Source: Candidatus Odyssella sp. (GTDB lineage: Bacteria; Pseudomonadota; Alphaproteobacteria; Paracaedibacterales; CAITNM01). Taken from it: a stretch of DNA of 64,000 nt. Location of the stretch: contig DYTB01000001.1 in the NCBI GenBank assembly GCA_020726185.1, positions 2,526 through 66,525 of the forward strand, in the 5' to 3' direction. A program made the position numbers and the translations under genes. The notes under the pieces were generated by a model, which ran no database searches, was not told the origin of the DNA, and saw only the letters and a program-made list of their open reading frames with translations. Shown here in pieces: positions 30,853 through 40,682 of the stretch (positions are counted from its first letter, which is position 1; the number at the start of each line of letters is the position of its first letter).

Positions 30853-32207
30853 ATGACTGCTAAATTAAAGAAAGTTTATATTAAAAGCTACGGCTGTCAG
30901 ATGAACGTTTATGACGGGCAGAAGATGGCTGATTTGCTTAAGCCTCATGGTTATCGTATTACAGACACATACGATGACGCCGACGTTTCCATTTTAAATA
31001 CCTGTCATATTCGTGAAAAAGCAGAACATAAAGTTTTTTCTGACTTGGGTCGTTTGAATACTGTAAAAAAAGATCGAAAAAACCAAGAAGACAATAGTGA
31101 TATGATCATTGCTGTTGGTGGTTGTGTTGGTCAAGCAGAAGGCGAAGAAATCACTAGGCAGGCTCCTTATGTAGATATGGTTTTTGGCCCTCAAAGTTAC
31201 CATCGTTTGCCTGAAATGTTGGCTCAGATTGAGCAAAAAATAAAAGGTAAGCTAGAAAAATAGTCGACACGCAATTCCCTGCAATCAGTAAATTTGACTT
31301 TCTGCCAGCGGCATATGAAACGCCGGCTAGTGCTTTTCTTGTTGTCCAAGAAGGCTGTGACAAATTTTGTCATTTTTGCGTGGTTCCTTATACACGCGGT
31401 TCTGAATACTCAAGATCAGCAAAAACTATATTAGAAGAAGCAAAGCACTTAATTTCTATAGGTGCTAAAGAAATTACTCTTTTAGGGCAAAATGTAAATG
31501 GTTATCACGGAGAAGGGCCTGATGGTAGTGAATGGTCTCTTGGACGTTTGATTTATGCACTTGCAGAATTAGACGGGATAAAACGTATTCGCTATACAAC
31601 ATCTCATCCTCTTGATATGCATGATGAATTGTATAACGCTCATCGCGATGTTCCAATACTGATGCCTTTTTTGCATTTGCCTGTTCAATCAGGAAGTGAT
31701 CTTATTCTTAATGCTATGAATCGAAAGCACACAGCTGCTGACTATTTAAAAATAATAGAAAAATTACGCACTGCGTGTGCTGATATAGAGTTTTCATCTG
31801 ATTTTATTGTTGGTTACCCAAGAGAAACTAATAAAGATCACAAAGATACACTTGAACTGATCAAGAATGTTGGTTATGTGCAGTCTTACTCCTTTAAATA
31901 TAGTCCTAGGCCAGGAACACCAGCTAGTATTTTGCAAACTCAAGTCGCAGAAGAGATAAAATCTGAGCGATTAGCAGAACTTCAAGATTTAATTAATGCG
32001 CAGCAAATAGCATTTAACCAATCTATGATTGGTCAAACAATGGAAGTGTTGTTTGACCGGGAAGGCAAAATACCGGGGCAGGTGGTTGGAAAAACAGCTT
32101 ATATGCAATCGGTTACACTTAATGGAGATTCTTCACTATTTGGTAACTTATTAAGCGTTAGAATAAGTAATGGGTATGGAAATAGTTTGAGCGGAGAGCG
32201 CATTTGA
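30853..32207 (+). pseudogene. miaB: tRNA-i6A37 methylthiotransferase MiaB, interrupted by a 1-nt frameshift (or assembly indel)
   Basis: Track ORFs 30853..31263 and 31380..32207 are the N- and C-parts of one MiaB. The first carries [16 protein letters not shown]...[10 protein letters not shown]. The second, together with its in-frame upstream extension from 31251, reads [16 protein letters not shown]...VQEGCDKFCHFCVVPYTRG. The frames meet at the A5 run 31256-31260. Confidence 0.85.
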
Positions 32208-33193
32208 GCGATCAAAATACGACAAAACAACTAGAATTTTCTGATAATACTCTTTTTTCCCAGCTTGTTGGGCCTAGTGACACAAATCTTACACAACTTG
32301 AAAATCGTTTTGGTGTGACTATTGCTGCACGAGGGAATCAAATCTCAATAAGTGGCTCTGATGCAAATGACATTAGTTACGCAAAAAATACGCTGCAATA
32401 TCTTTACACGCAACTGACAAAAGGTCAGGAAATTAATCCACAAAGTGTTGAAGATGCCATTAGAACTGTAAGTAGTTCTGTTAGCTTGCATCATCATGAT
32501 ACAAATATTCCCAATGGAAAAATCAGCATTGCTACAAAACGAAAGATGATTTTTCCACGTTCAGCTAACCAAGCGGAATTTCTGACTGCCATGCAAAACA
32601 AAGACATGATTTTTGGGATTGGCCCCGCGGGTACTGGAAAAACCTATCTTGCTGTGGCAGTTGGTGTTTCGATGCTGATTTCGGGAAAAATTGATAAAAT
32701 TATTTTAACGCGCCCGGCAGTTGAAGCTGGAGAAAAGCTTGGGTTTCTTCCAGGTGATATGCGAGAGAAAGTGGATCCATATTTGCGTCCTCTTTACGAT
32801 GCTATGCATGATATGCTCCCAGCCGATCAGGTCGAACGCAGACTTACAAACGGTGAAATAGAAATAGCTCCTCTTGCTTTTATGCGCGGACGTACATTGT
32901 CTAATGCTTTTGTAATACCAGATGAAGCTCAAAATACAACCCTTGTGCAAATGAAAATGTTTTTAACAAGACTCGGAAATAATGCACGTATGGTTATTAC
33001 CGGTGACCTTTCGCAGATTGATTTACCAATCGGTATAGAATCGGGTCTAAAACAAGCTGCAAAAATTTTGAAAAATATTTCTGATATTGCTTTTATTAAC
33101 TTTGATGAAAATGACATTGTGCGACACCCAGTCGTCTCAAAAATTGTCGTTGCATACGACAAAGAAGCGAAATTGAGCGATGCACGACGATAG
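32204..33193 (+). CDS. ybeZ: PhoH-family ATPase (YbeZ)
   Basis: 329 aa. Walker A is GPAGTGKTYLAV, followed by ILTRPAVEAGEKLGFLPGD. The gene lies in the conserved miaB-phoH-ybeY-corC neighbourhood. Confidence 0.9.
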   Translation: MSDQNTTKQLEFSDNTLFSQLVGPSDTNLTQLENRFGVTIAARGNQISISGSDANDISYAKNTLQYLYTQLTKGQEINPQSVEDAIRTVSSSVSLHHHDTNIPNGKISIATKRKMIFPRSANQAEFLTAMQNKDMIFGIGPAGTGKTYLAVAVGVSMLISGKIDKIILTRPAVEAGEKLGFLPGDMREKVDPYLRPLYDAMHDMLPADQVERRLTNGEIEIAPLAFMRGRTLSNAFVIPDEAQNTTLVQMKMFLTRLGNNARMVITGDLSQIDLPIGIESGLKQAAKILKNISDIAFINFDENDIVRHPVVSKIVVAYDKEAKLSDARR

Positions 33194-33689
33194 TAGTAAT
33201 CTTGAAGTATTAATAGATATTGACGACGATCGATGGCTTGAATGGTATATGCCAGATCAATGGCATGAGCTGCTTCACAAAATTATTCAGCGAGTGATTG
33301 ACGAAATAAAAATACGAACAAAAGTTGAAGTTAGCGTTTTGTTTACAAACAATACTGAAATTCATGCTTTAAATCTTGAATATCGTGGAAAAGATAAACC
33401 AACAAATGTATTATCATTTCCAAATTTAAGTGAAGACGAATTACGTTGTTTGCCTAAAAACAGTCCTTACCCGGTTATGTTGGGGGATTTGGTTTTTGGT
33501 TTTGAAACATTGCTTGAAGAAGTAAAAACAGAAAAAAAACCTTTCTTAGATCACTTTAATCATTTGGCTGTTCATGGTATGTTGCACCTGTTAGGTTACG
33601 ATCATGAATCCGATGCTGATGAAGAATGTATGAAAGAAAAAGAAGTTGCAATCTTAAAATCTCTTAACATTAACAACCCATACCAATAG
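33180..33689 (+). CDS. ybeY: rRNA maturation endoribonuclease YbeY
   Basis: 169 aa with the HGMLHLLGYDH zinc motif. Confidence 0.92.
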   Translation: MHDDSSNLEVLIDIDDDRWLEWYMPDQWHELLHKIIQRVIDEIKIRTKVEVSVLFTNNTEIHALNLEYRGKDKPTNVLSFPNLSEDELRCLPKNSPYPVMLGDLVFGFETLLEEVKTEKKPFLDHFNHLAVHGMLHLLGYDHESDADEECMKEKEVAILKSLNINNPYQ

Positions 33690-33691
33690 TT

Positions 33692-34507
33692 ATGATAATC
33701 AAAAATTTAGTAAAATTATTTAAGAAGTCAGAGCCAGAAACTCTTCGAGGTACAATCGAAGAGCTTATCGAGGAGAGCGAAGAAGAAGAGCCGTCGATAG
33801 AATCAGGCGAACGTGCGCTTTTAGAAAATGTCTTAAACCTACGTGAGTTAACAGCCCAAGATGTAATGATTCCAAGAGCAGATATTATTTCGTCTTGCAT
33901 TACAGGTGACGCTGACGAAATGATTCAACTAATGGTTAAAAACAATCTAAGTTTTTTGCCTATCTGCAGTGATACTCTTGATCATATCGTTGGCGTTATA
34001 CATATAAAAGATGTTCTTGCCTGGCTTCAAAATGGACGTCAAATGCCAATAAAGCATCTAGTTAAAGATGTTTTATTCATACCCCCTTCTATGCGAACCT
34101 TGGATTTGCTTGTCCAAATGCGTGAATCTGCTTCTCGTATTGCTTTCGTTGTCGATGAGTATGGTGGAATAGACGGGCTGGTTACCTTTTCAAATGTTAT
34201 TAGTGAAGTGATTGGTGATATTCAAGATGCCACTGAAATTGAAGATACAAAGCAAATTGAAATTAAAGCCGATGGCACTGTTATCACAGATGGGCGCGTG
34301 CCTTTAGAAGAACTGCAAGAAGTATTAGGTAGTTTTCCTATGTTAAGTATAGAAGATGATGATATCGATACTATTGGCGGTTTAGTTGTCTTCTTAGCTG
34401 GTCGCGTTCCAGTGCGTGGAGAAATTATTCGCCATCCCGAAGGTGGAGAATTTGAAGTGCTTGAGGCTGATCCACGTCGTATTCGTCGCTTAAAAATGCG
34501 TCCTTAA
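33692..34507 (+). CDS. corC: CBS-pair plus CorC_HlyC domain protein (CorC/TlyC family)
   Basis: 271 aa. Tandem CBS domains (VMIPRADI..., VVDEYGG) are followed by a transporter-associated C-terminal domain. Confidence 0.85.
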   Translation: MIIKNLVKLFKKSEPETLRGTIEELIEESEEEEPSIESGERALLENVLNLRELTAQDVMIPRADIISSCITGDADEMIQLMVKNNLSFLPICSDTLDHIVGVIHIKDVLAWLQNGRQMPIKHLVKDVLFIPPSMRTLDLLVQMRESASRIAFVVDEYGGIDGLVTFSNVISEVIGDIQDATEIEDTKQIEIKADGTVITDGRVPLEELQEVLGSFPMLSIEDDDIDTIGGLVVFLAGRVPVRGEIIRHPEGGEFEVLEADPRRIRRLKMRP

Positions 34508-34584
34508 AACAGCTTTTGTCGATTTTTAATATTATTGGTAAAACGAAAAAAAATTCCCTATATATAAGCTATCAAATATAACAC

Positions 34585-34947
34585 ATGAAGATTATGCGTT
34601 TTTTGTTAGTTTTATTTTTCTTATTTCCACTAATAGCTGGTGATTTTTTGGAAGAAATCATTATTGAGGAAGAGGAGATTGAGCGCTGTGCTCTAAATTG
34701 CACTCAACCATCTGCGTCATCAGACACAACGGCAGAAAATAAAGAAAAAACAGGCGGGTCAATAAGAACTATTGGCGCAGCTAAAATAGGAAAAAACGAG
34801 CCGCAATTTATTATTTCTTTACCCAAGCTGTCTTTAGGGCAATCATCCAGACAACCATCGCCCAAGCTTGGTGAAGTAATGCCACAGCTAATGGAACTTG
34901 TAACAGAAGCGTTGAAATACCTAGACCCACTTGGATTACTATTTTAA
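34585..34947 (+). CDS. hypothetical small secreted protein (doubtful 3' part)
   Basis: Signal-peptide-like N-terminus followed by an acidic stretch. The last ~45 codons are antisense to the well-supported 3' end of ctaA, so the true ORF, if real, may be shorter. Confidence 0.25.
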   Translation: MKIMRFLLVLFFLFPLIAGDFLEEIIIEEEEIERCALNCTQPSASSDTTAENKEKTGGSIRTIGAAKIGKNEPQFIISLPKLSLGQSSRQPSPKLGEVMPQLMELVTEALKYLDPLGLLF

Positions 34948-35862
34948 TAGTAATCAACCGATAAGTTGCTCCATGCTTTATCCATAAAATTGTAGAGTAT
35001 GTAACAGTTGCAAGGGCTAGCAAGCGATGCAACCATTGTACAGTTGCTGGGTTGTTAATAAAATTTGTCCAAACAGGATGATAAAAATTCCATTCATTGG
35101 GTAACCATTGACCTTCCATAAGGGGGAATGTGTTATATATTAGCCCAGCCTTCAATCCCGCTACGTAAGCGCCGTAAATAATTGTTAGGCCAATTAATGC
35201 TAATAACACTGCATCTCTTAGGTATATTTTTTTGAACAGTTTTCCTTCGAGTCTCCACAGCGCTCTTGCTAAAACTGACAATATAATAAAAGCCATAACT
35301 AAATGAATACATAAGCGAATATGACTAACTGTTGGGTCTGCTTTTAACCCGCTTTAACCATCCACCAACCAATGACCCCTTGTGCTCCTCCCAGGGCAAA
35401 TACAATAGCAATGCGTGCTCTTAACCAATTGGGGGTATGTTTGAATAAAAAAAACAATGGGAGCAAAGCCAAAATCCCAACAAATCTTCCAAGCAAGCGG
35501 TGACCATATTCCCACAAATAAATACATTTAAATTCACGCAACGACATGCCTTTGTTGACATGTTTGTATTCGGGGGTTTGTTGGTATAATCCAAATTCGT
35601 CATCCCATGCTTGTTGTGTAATAGGTGGTAATACATGCAGTGGCTTCCATTGAGCCATTGAAAGCCCAGAATGGGTCAGGCGAGTGGCTCCGCCAACGAC
35701 TACCATCAGCATTACGGCTACTATTAACGATTTTAGCCAAGTTGAGATATAAGGCATATGAATTGTATTTAAGACTTTCTGTAACCCTAATGTCGCTAAG
35801 TATTTTGGACAAGGGCTTCGGCTAATAAATTTTGCTCGATTAGCTTTTGAATCCATCTTCAT
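34811..35862 (-). pseudogene. ctaA: heme A synthase (COX15/CtaA), interrupted by a 1-nt frameshift (or assembly indel)
   Basis: Track ORFs 35344..35862 and 34811..35296 are the two halves of one COX15. The first reads GGATRLTHSGLSM..W.P..PP...W..EF..Y...PEY and ends ...GWWMVKAG*. The second frame is open from 35347 and reads LKADPTVSHIRLCIHLV.... Confidence 0.8.
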
Positions 35863-35901
35863 TCTGGGCTACACTACAAAAAATAATTTTGGATTATCCC
35901 T

Positions 35902-36201
35902 ATGTTTATTCTAGCGCCGCTTCTTAACGTGCTGCATGATTTGCTTGGCCTGTATAAATTAGGCGTATCAATTTATATTATTTTGGGGTGGCTTGAAGCC
36001 TTTGAGATTGTTAACAAGTATAATTCTGCAGTTTATAGCATTCACAATTTTCTTCAAAGTATTACTGAGCCGGCATTAGCGCCTATTCGAAGAATCATAC
36101 CTCCCATTAGTGGATGGGATCTTTCCCCTATTGCTTTATTTTTCATTATTTATTTTTTTCAAGGTGTGCTCTTGGAAATTCTAAAAAAGTTCCCATCTTA
36201 A
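35902..36201 (+). CDS. YggT-family membrane protein
   Basis: 99 aa with two TM segments. The YggT-like pattern ...ILGWLE...N..N......L...TEP.L.P.RR.IPP..G.DLSP is present. Confidence 0.7.
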   Translation: MFILAPLLNVLHDLLGLYKLGVSIYIILGWLEAFEIVNKYNSAVYSIHNFLQSITEPALAPIRRIIPPISGWDLSPIALFFIIYFFQGVLLEILKKFPS

Positions 36202-36220
36202 TAGAGATGAAGGAGAAATC

Positions 36221-36622
36221 ATGTTAAAACTTTTTGTTCCAACTAAAGCACCAAGCCATCGTCAAGAACGTGTTGCTGAAGAAGTGCGGTTTTTATTATG
36301 CCAGCAATTGCAGCGTGATAGTTTGCCAATTGAACGTGACGAGGATGATAATTTATTAAAACCACAAGCCCCCATTACAATTACTGAACTGACTGTATCG
36401 CCAGATTTACGCCATGCTCAAATCGGGGTTATGCCATTGGGTGGCATCGGTCAGGAAATTGTTGTGAAGTTTATGCGTGCTAATGCTTGGTATTTACGTA
36501 AGTCACTTGCTAAACAACTTAAAACTAGAATTGCACCAGAATTACACTTCTACCTAGATAATCATTTTGATCAAGCTGCTAAAATTGATGCGTTGATTGT
36601 AAAGATTCATAGCGAAGGTTGA
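36221..36622 (+). CDS. rbfA: ribosome-binding factor A
   Basis: 133 aa. RVAEEVRFLL...ITITELTVSPDLRHAQI...LKTRIAPELHFYLD is the RbfA pattern. Confidence 0.85.
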   Translation: MLKLFVPTKAPSHRQERVAEEVRFLLCQQLQRDSLPIERDEDDNLLKPQAPITITELTVSPDLRHAQIGVMPLGGIGQEIVVKFMRANAWYLRKSLAKQLKTRIAPELHFYLDNHFDQAAKIDALIVKIHSEG

Positions 36623-36697
36623 TAGATTTTCGTGACATTTATTTCGTAATTTAATTAAAATCGTGTTAAATTAGAAAAAATGCAGTAGGGTTCTTTC

Positions 36698-37372
36698 TTG
36701 GTCCATTCCTATAGAAAATTTGATCAGTTTCAAGAACTGCCTTCTACGGGTCAGCGGTCATTTTTTTTATGGAAAAACGCTGGGGCGTCAGCTAATTTGC
36801 CTGTTGCTTCTTCTAATTTTTTTGAAAATGCTCAATATGAAAAAGTAGCAAATCCTGCGTCAGGTTGGCATCAACGACAATATTCTCAATGCGCGCCACA
36901 ACAAGGTATGCCTCAATACAATCCGTGGCAAGCAAAAACACAACCGCTAGCATCAGCTAGCTTTGCCCCTTATTCAAGAGTTTTTAAGCAAAAAGAAACT
37001 CTTTGGGAAGAATTTAAACGTATATACATTAATGAGGTGATAGCTTTTACCATGAGCAAATCAACACTTTTTACTTTAATATTTTCATTCATGTTTCTTG
37101 GTTGTATTTTTTTCCTAGGGGGATTTTTTACAGCAACTAACATATATCGTGAACAACATATCACTAAAGAAGTAAATAGGCAGCATACGCCAACTGAAAC
37201 TGCCATGTTGCAGGGACGCCCAGAAAAAATTGTAAATATGGGCACAGGCGTTGCGTTTTCTACTCCTAAGGCATATCAGTATCAAGGTGGTGTAAAAGTT
37301 GATCAAAATAGAAGAAGACCTTCAGAATATGTGGAAAAACAAATTGCAAGCAGTCAGCCAAATTATCGTTGA
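36698..37372 (+). CDS. hypothetical single-pass membrane protein (Gln/Pro-rich N-terminus)
   Basis: TTG-initiated ORF with one strong TM helix (LFTLIFSFMFLGCIFFLGGFF). I recognise no family. Confidence 0.35.
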   Translation: MVHSYRKFDQFQELPSTGQRSFFLWKNAGASANLPVASSNFFENAQYEKVANPASGWHQRQYSQCAPQQGMPQYNPWQAKTQPLASASFAPYSRVFKQKETLWEEFKRIYINEVIAFTMSKSTLFTLIFSFMFLGCIFFLGGFFTATNIYREQHITKEVNRQHTPTETAMLQGRPEKIVNMGTGVAFSTPKAYQYQGGVKVDQNRRRPSEYVEKQIASSQPNYR

Positions 37373-37439
37373 GTAGCTATTGTTGGCATTATTGGCTAGT
37401 ATAATTTTTGAAAAAAACTAGTTGTAGGTTTGTCTTTTT

Positions 37440-38780
37440 ATGGTTTCTGTTCGTTTTGCGCCTTCTCCCACTGGGTATTTACACATCGGCAATGCGCGAG
37501 CTGCCTTAATTAATTATCTGTATGCTTTACGTAACGGTGGTGAATTTATTTTACGTATCGATGATACGGATTTAGAACGCTCAAAACCTGAATATGAAGA
37601 AGCTATTTATCGTGATTTTGAATGGTTAGGTATTAAGTATTCTAAGACGTTTCGTCAGTCAGAACGATTTGACCGATATAAACAAGTTAGAGATGAATTA
37701 ATTGCAAGTGGGCGTTTATATCCATGTTACGAAACGCCAGAAGATCTCGATTTTAAACGTAAGCGTCAAATGGCCAAAGGGCAGCCGCCTATTTATGATC
37801 GTGCAGCTCTTTCATTAACAGATGCCGAAAAATCTACTTTTGAAACTGAAGGTCAAACTCCTCACTGGCGTTTCAAGCTAGATCATGAGCCAATTGTGTG
37901 GCAAGACATGGTTCGAGGTGAAGTCAAATTTGATGGTGCGCAACTTAGTGATCCAGTTTTAATTAGAGCAGATGGTATATTTTTATACAGTCTATGTTCA
38001 GTAGTAGATGATATTGATTGTGCAATTACACATATTATCCGTGGTGAAGACCATGTTACAAATGCAGCTACACAAATCCAACTTTTCAAAGCAGTCAATG
38101 GAGAGAAGGATTTCCCTATAACATTTGGTCATACAACATTAATGATGGATGAAGACGGGCTTCCACTTTCAAAGCGCTTGGGCAGCTTAAGCTTAGGGCA
38201 AATGCGAGAATCTGGAATTGAGCCTATGGCTATTGCTTGTTTGTTGGCAAGACTTGGGACATCTCTTTCTGTTGAACCGCTTTCAACATTAGAAGAATTA
38301 GCCAGCTCATTTGATTTATCAATTTTCAGTCGCACGCCGCCCAAGTTCAGCGAAAAAGATTTGTGGGCATTAAACCATAAACTTTATCACTTAATGCCTT
38401 TTGAGCAAGTTCAACAACGTTTATCAGTAGCGGGTTATGCTGATTTCAGTGAAGCTCACTGGCGTGCAGTACATGATAACATTGAAAAAATTGATGACTT
38501 GAAGCCATGGCAAGCTATTTTCTTTGGGCAACTTAAAGGCACCTGTGCCGATACAGAATTTTTAAAAATAGCACTAAGCTTATTGCCAAGCGGTCCATGG
38601 GATGAAAACACATGGGCCACATGGACGACTGCTGTTAAAGAAACAACGGCACGTAAAGGCAAAGAATTGTTTATGCCGCTGCGCCAAGCATTAACAGCAA
38701 TGGACCATGGACCTGAAATGAAAGCTCTACTACCATTAATAGGTATGGAAAAAACAAAAAGCAGGTTATGCGTGGCGTAA
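37440..38780 (+). CDS. gltX: glutamate--tRNA ligase
   Basis: 446 aa. RFAPSPTGYLHIGNARAAL carries the HIGH motif, followed by IIRGEDH and LSKRLGS (KMSKS-like). Confidence 0.93.
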   Translation: MVSVRFAPSPTGYLHIGNARAALINYLYALRNGGEFILRIDDTDLERSKPEYEEAIYRDFEWLGIKYSKTFRQSERFDRYKQVRDELIASGRLYPCYETPEDLDFKRKRQMAKGQPPIYDRAALSLTDAEKSTFETEGQTPHWRFKLDHEPIVWQDMVRGEVKFDGAQLSDPVLIRADGIFLYSLCSVVDDIDCAITHIIRGEDHVTNAATQIQLFKAVNGEKDFPITFGHTTLMMDEDGLPLSKRLGSLSLGQMRESGIEPMAIACLLARLGTSLSVEPLSTLEELASSFDLSIFSRTPPKFSEKDLWALNHKLYHLMPFEQVQQRLSVAGYADFSEAHWRAVHDNIEKIDDLKPWQAIFFGQLKGTCADTEFLKIALSLLPSGPWDENTWATWTTAVKETTARKGKELFMPLRQALTAMDHGPEMKALLPLIGMEKTKSRLCVA

Positions 38781-39666
38781 CAATTATTTTAGCAGCATCA
38801 GGTTGGGGTGCAGCTAATTTTGCAACAGCTGATGGTGCGCTCACTGTATCGCAACATCATCGCAACATCAGCTTCTAAAACCTATTTTAAATCATCCTGA
38901 TATTCACGCTGAAATATACTTTGCCAATTGGCATTTGAATTCGCATCAAAAAAGCAGTGATTATTCTGTAGATCAAAGACGCACTCACGTATTGCACGTT
39001 GGTAGTTGGTTAAGCCGCATTGTAGAAATTGCTGCTTCTAAAAATCATTTTGTACTAGTCATTGGTGGAGACCATTCTATCGCAATGGGTACCTGGAGCG
39101 GTCTAAAAAATGCTGATAAGGATTTTGGGTTAATTTGGATAGATGCCCATATGGATGCACATACCTATGAAACATCTATATCTAAAAACCCTCATGGAAT
39201 GCCAGTAGCGGTTTTATTGGGGGTTGGTGATGGTGAGTTCGTGAAGCTTGCAAAAAATCCTCCTGTACTAAAGCCAGCATCACTAATACAAACAGGCATT
39301 CGTAGCTATGAAGAAGAAGAGCAAGAATTTCTAGAGCAGTTGGGAGTTGATATTTCCTATCATTACAAGCGTCATTCTTATAATGGTTTAGATAGTCTTA
39401 CTAAGAGTAAGCGGTGCCTCTTACAAATCCACCCTTATTACGGTGTGAGCTTTGATATTGACGGCATTGATCCTGCTTACTGCCCAGGCACAGGAACTCC
39501 TGCAGATGGAGAGCTAGAGCTGAATGATGTAATACAATCTCTAAAGGGCATTTTGTTTGATACTTCATGTGTTGGCTTAGAAATTGTGGAATATAATCCT
39601 GTACCAGATCATGAGCAGATTACGTTTGAGTCTGTTAAAAAAATTATTGCCTCTCTAGTGGCGTAA
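38768..39666 (+). pseudogene. arginase-family ureohydrolase disrupted by an 11-bp tandem duplication
   Basis: The track ORF 38935..39666 carries GGDHSIAMG, IWIDAHMDAHT, HGMPVAVLLG, SFDIDGIDP and EIVEYNP. The arginase N-terminus (MRGVTIILAASGWGAANFATADGAL) is encoded from the ATG at 38768 in another frame. The frames are joined exactly if one copy of TCGCAACATCA (38849-38859 / 38860-38870) is removed. Confidence 0.8.
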
Positions 39667-39758
39667 GACATCTTCGTTTTTATGTTGCTAAAAGTCATCG
39701 CAAAAGCTATAAAAAACGTTTACAATTAAACAAAGTTATTCAATTAAGGAGAATATAC

Positions 39759-40073
39759 ATGTTAGCGGTTACCGATGCGACTTTTGAGCAAGAAGTTTTA
39801 AAGTCAACAGTTCCAGTAGTTGTTGATTTTTGGGCAGAGTGGTGTGGACCGTGCCGCATGCTTACTCCTATTTTGGAAGAGCTTGCTCCAGAAATTACGA
39901 ATAAAGCAATCATCGTAAAAGTGAATATCGATCAAAATCCACAAATTGCTAGTCAGCTTGGTGTACGCAGTATACCTACAATGATTTTATTTAAAGGTGG
40001 GCAGGCTATTAGCAACATGGTTGGTGTAAATCCAAAGCCAAAAATCAAATCATGGGTTGAGTCCAATACCTAA
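39759..40073 (+). CDS. trxA: thioredoxin
   Basis: 104 aa with [13 protein letters not shown] (WCGPC active site). Confidence 0.93.
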   Translation: MLAVTDATFEQEVLKSTVPVVVDFWAEWCGPCRMLTPILEELAPEITNKAIIVKVNIDQNPQIASQLGVRSIPTMILFKGGQAISNMVGVNPKPKIKSWVESNT

Positions 40074-40163
40074 ATCACTGCTGTCTGCGCAGATGTTGAT
40101 TATAGAAAAGTTAACACAATATCTTTTCAACGTCATGCATCTGTGCTAGATATATTAGTATGT

Positions 40164-40239
40164 TCCCCGGTAGCTCAGTTGGTAGAGCAAGTGGCTGTTA
40201 ACCACTGGGTCAGCGGTTCGAGTCCGTTCCGGGGAGCCA
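40164..40239 (+). tRNA. tRNA-Asn (anticodon GTT), CCA encoded
   Basis: I folded it by hand. The acceptor stem is TCCCCGG/CCGGGGA and the D arm is GCTC-AGTTGGTA-GAGC. The anticodon arm is AGTGG-CTGTTAA-CCACT, giving anticodon GTT. The T arm is AGCGG-TTCGAGT-CCGTT, followed by discriminator G and CCA. Confidence 0.95.
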
Positions 40240-40288
40240 TCTTAAGTTTTTCTCATTTCTTTTAACTAAAGTTGATGTCGCTTTTTTC

Positions 40289-40317
40289 TTGACTAAGTTG
40301 CCAAGATTTCCTATAAA
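40289..40317 (+). promoter_or_regulatory. candidate sigma-70 promoter of rpsT
   Basis: TTGACT (40289-40294), a 17-nt spacer, then TATAAA (40312-40317), about 30 nt upstream of the rpsT ATG. This is a sequence match only. Confidence 0.4.
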
Positions 40318-40345
40318 GTACACAAGATATAAATGAAATTTGAAC

Positions 40346-40627
40346 ATGGCCAATCATAAAAACTCAAAAAAAGCTATCCGTCAAACAGAACGTCGTACTG
40401 GTGTAAACCGTAATCGTATGACACGCATGCGCACTTGTGTAAAGACAGCCGAAAAGGCATTAGGCATGCACAACACTCCTGCAGTTTCTTTTGAAGAAGC
40501 TAAAGTAGCAGTAGTTGCAGCTGAAAGCGCTATGATGAAAGTTGCGAAGACAGGAATTATCCATAAGAATTTCGTTTCACGCAAAGTTTCTCGTTTAGTT
40601 GCACGATTGAAAGCAATAGCTTCCTAA
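40346..40627 (+). CDS. rpsT: 30S ribosomal protein S20
   Basis: I trimmed to the ATG at 40346. MANHKNSKKAIRQTERR is the typical S20 N-terminus. Confidence 0.93.
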   Translation: MANHKNSKKAIRQTERRTGVNRNRMTRMRTCVKTAEKALGMHNTPAVSFEEAKVAVVAAESAMMKVAKTGIIHKNFVSRKVSRLVARLKAIAS

Positions 40628-40651
40628 TTAAACGTAAGTTTGTGAAATTTA

Positions 40652-40678
40652 AAGCCCGCTTAAAAGCGGGCTTTTTTT
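40652..40678 (+). terminator. rho-independent terminator after rpsT
   Basis: GCCCGC-TTAAAA-GCGGGC followed by TTTTTTT. Confidence 0.75.
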
Positions 40679-40682
40679 GTGA

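Noticed and set aside
31254-31263. Programmed -1 ribosomal frameshift or transcriptional slippage rescuing miaB at GAAAAAT.
   Set aside because: An A5 run is far shorter than the tracts (about 9 or more) known to give efficient transcriptional slippage. The heptamer is not a canonical X_XXY_YYZ site in the zero frame. A plain indel or miscall is the simpler explanation.
34811-34947. A genuine 137-nt convergent coding overlap between the small secreted ORF (34585..34947) and ctaA.
   Set aside because: The ctaA tail is conserved (…GISTLLLQVPLAVALLHQ…). The overlapping part of the small ORF is therefore most likely a chance read-through of the antisense strand. I kept only its N-terminal part, as a low-confidence feature.
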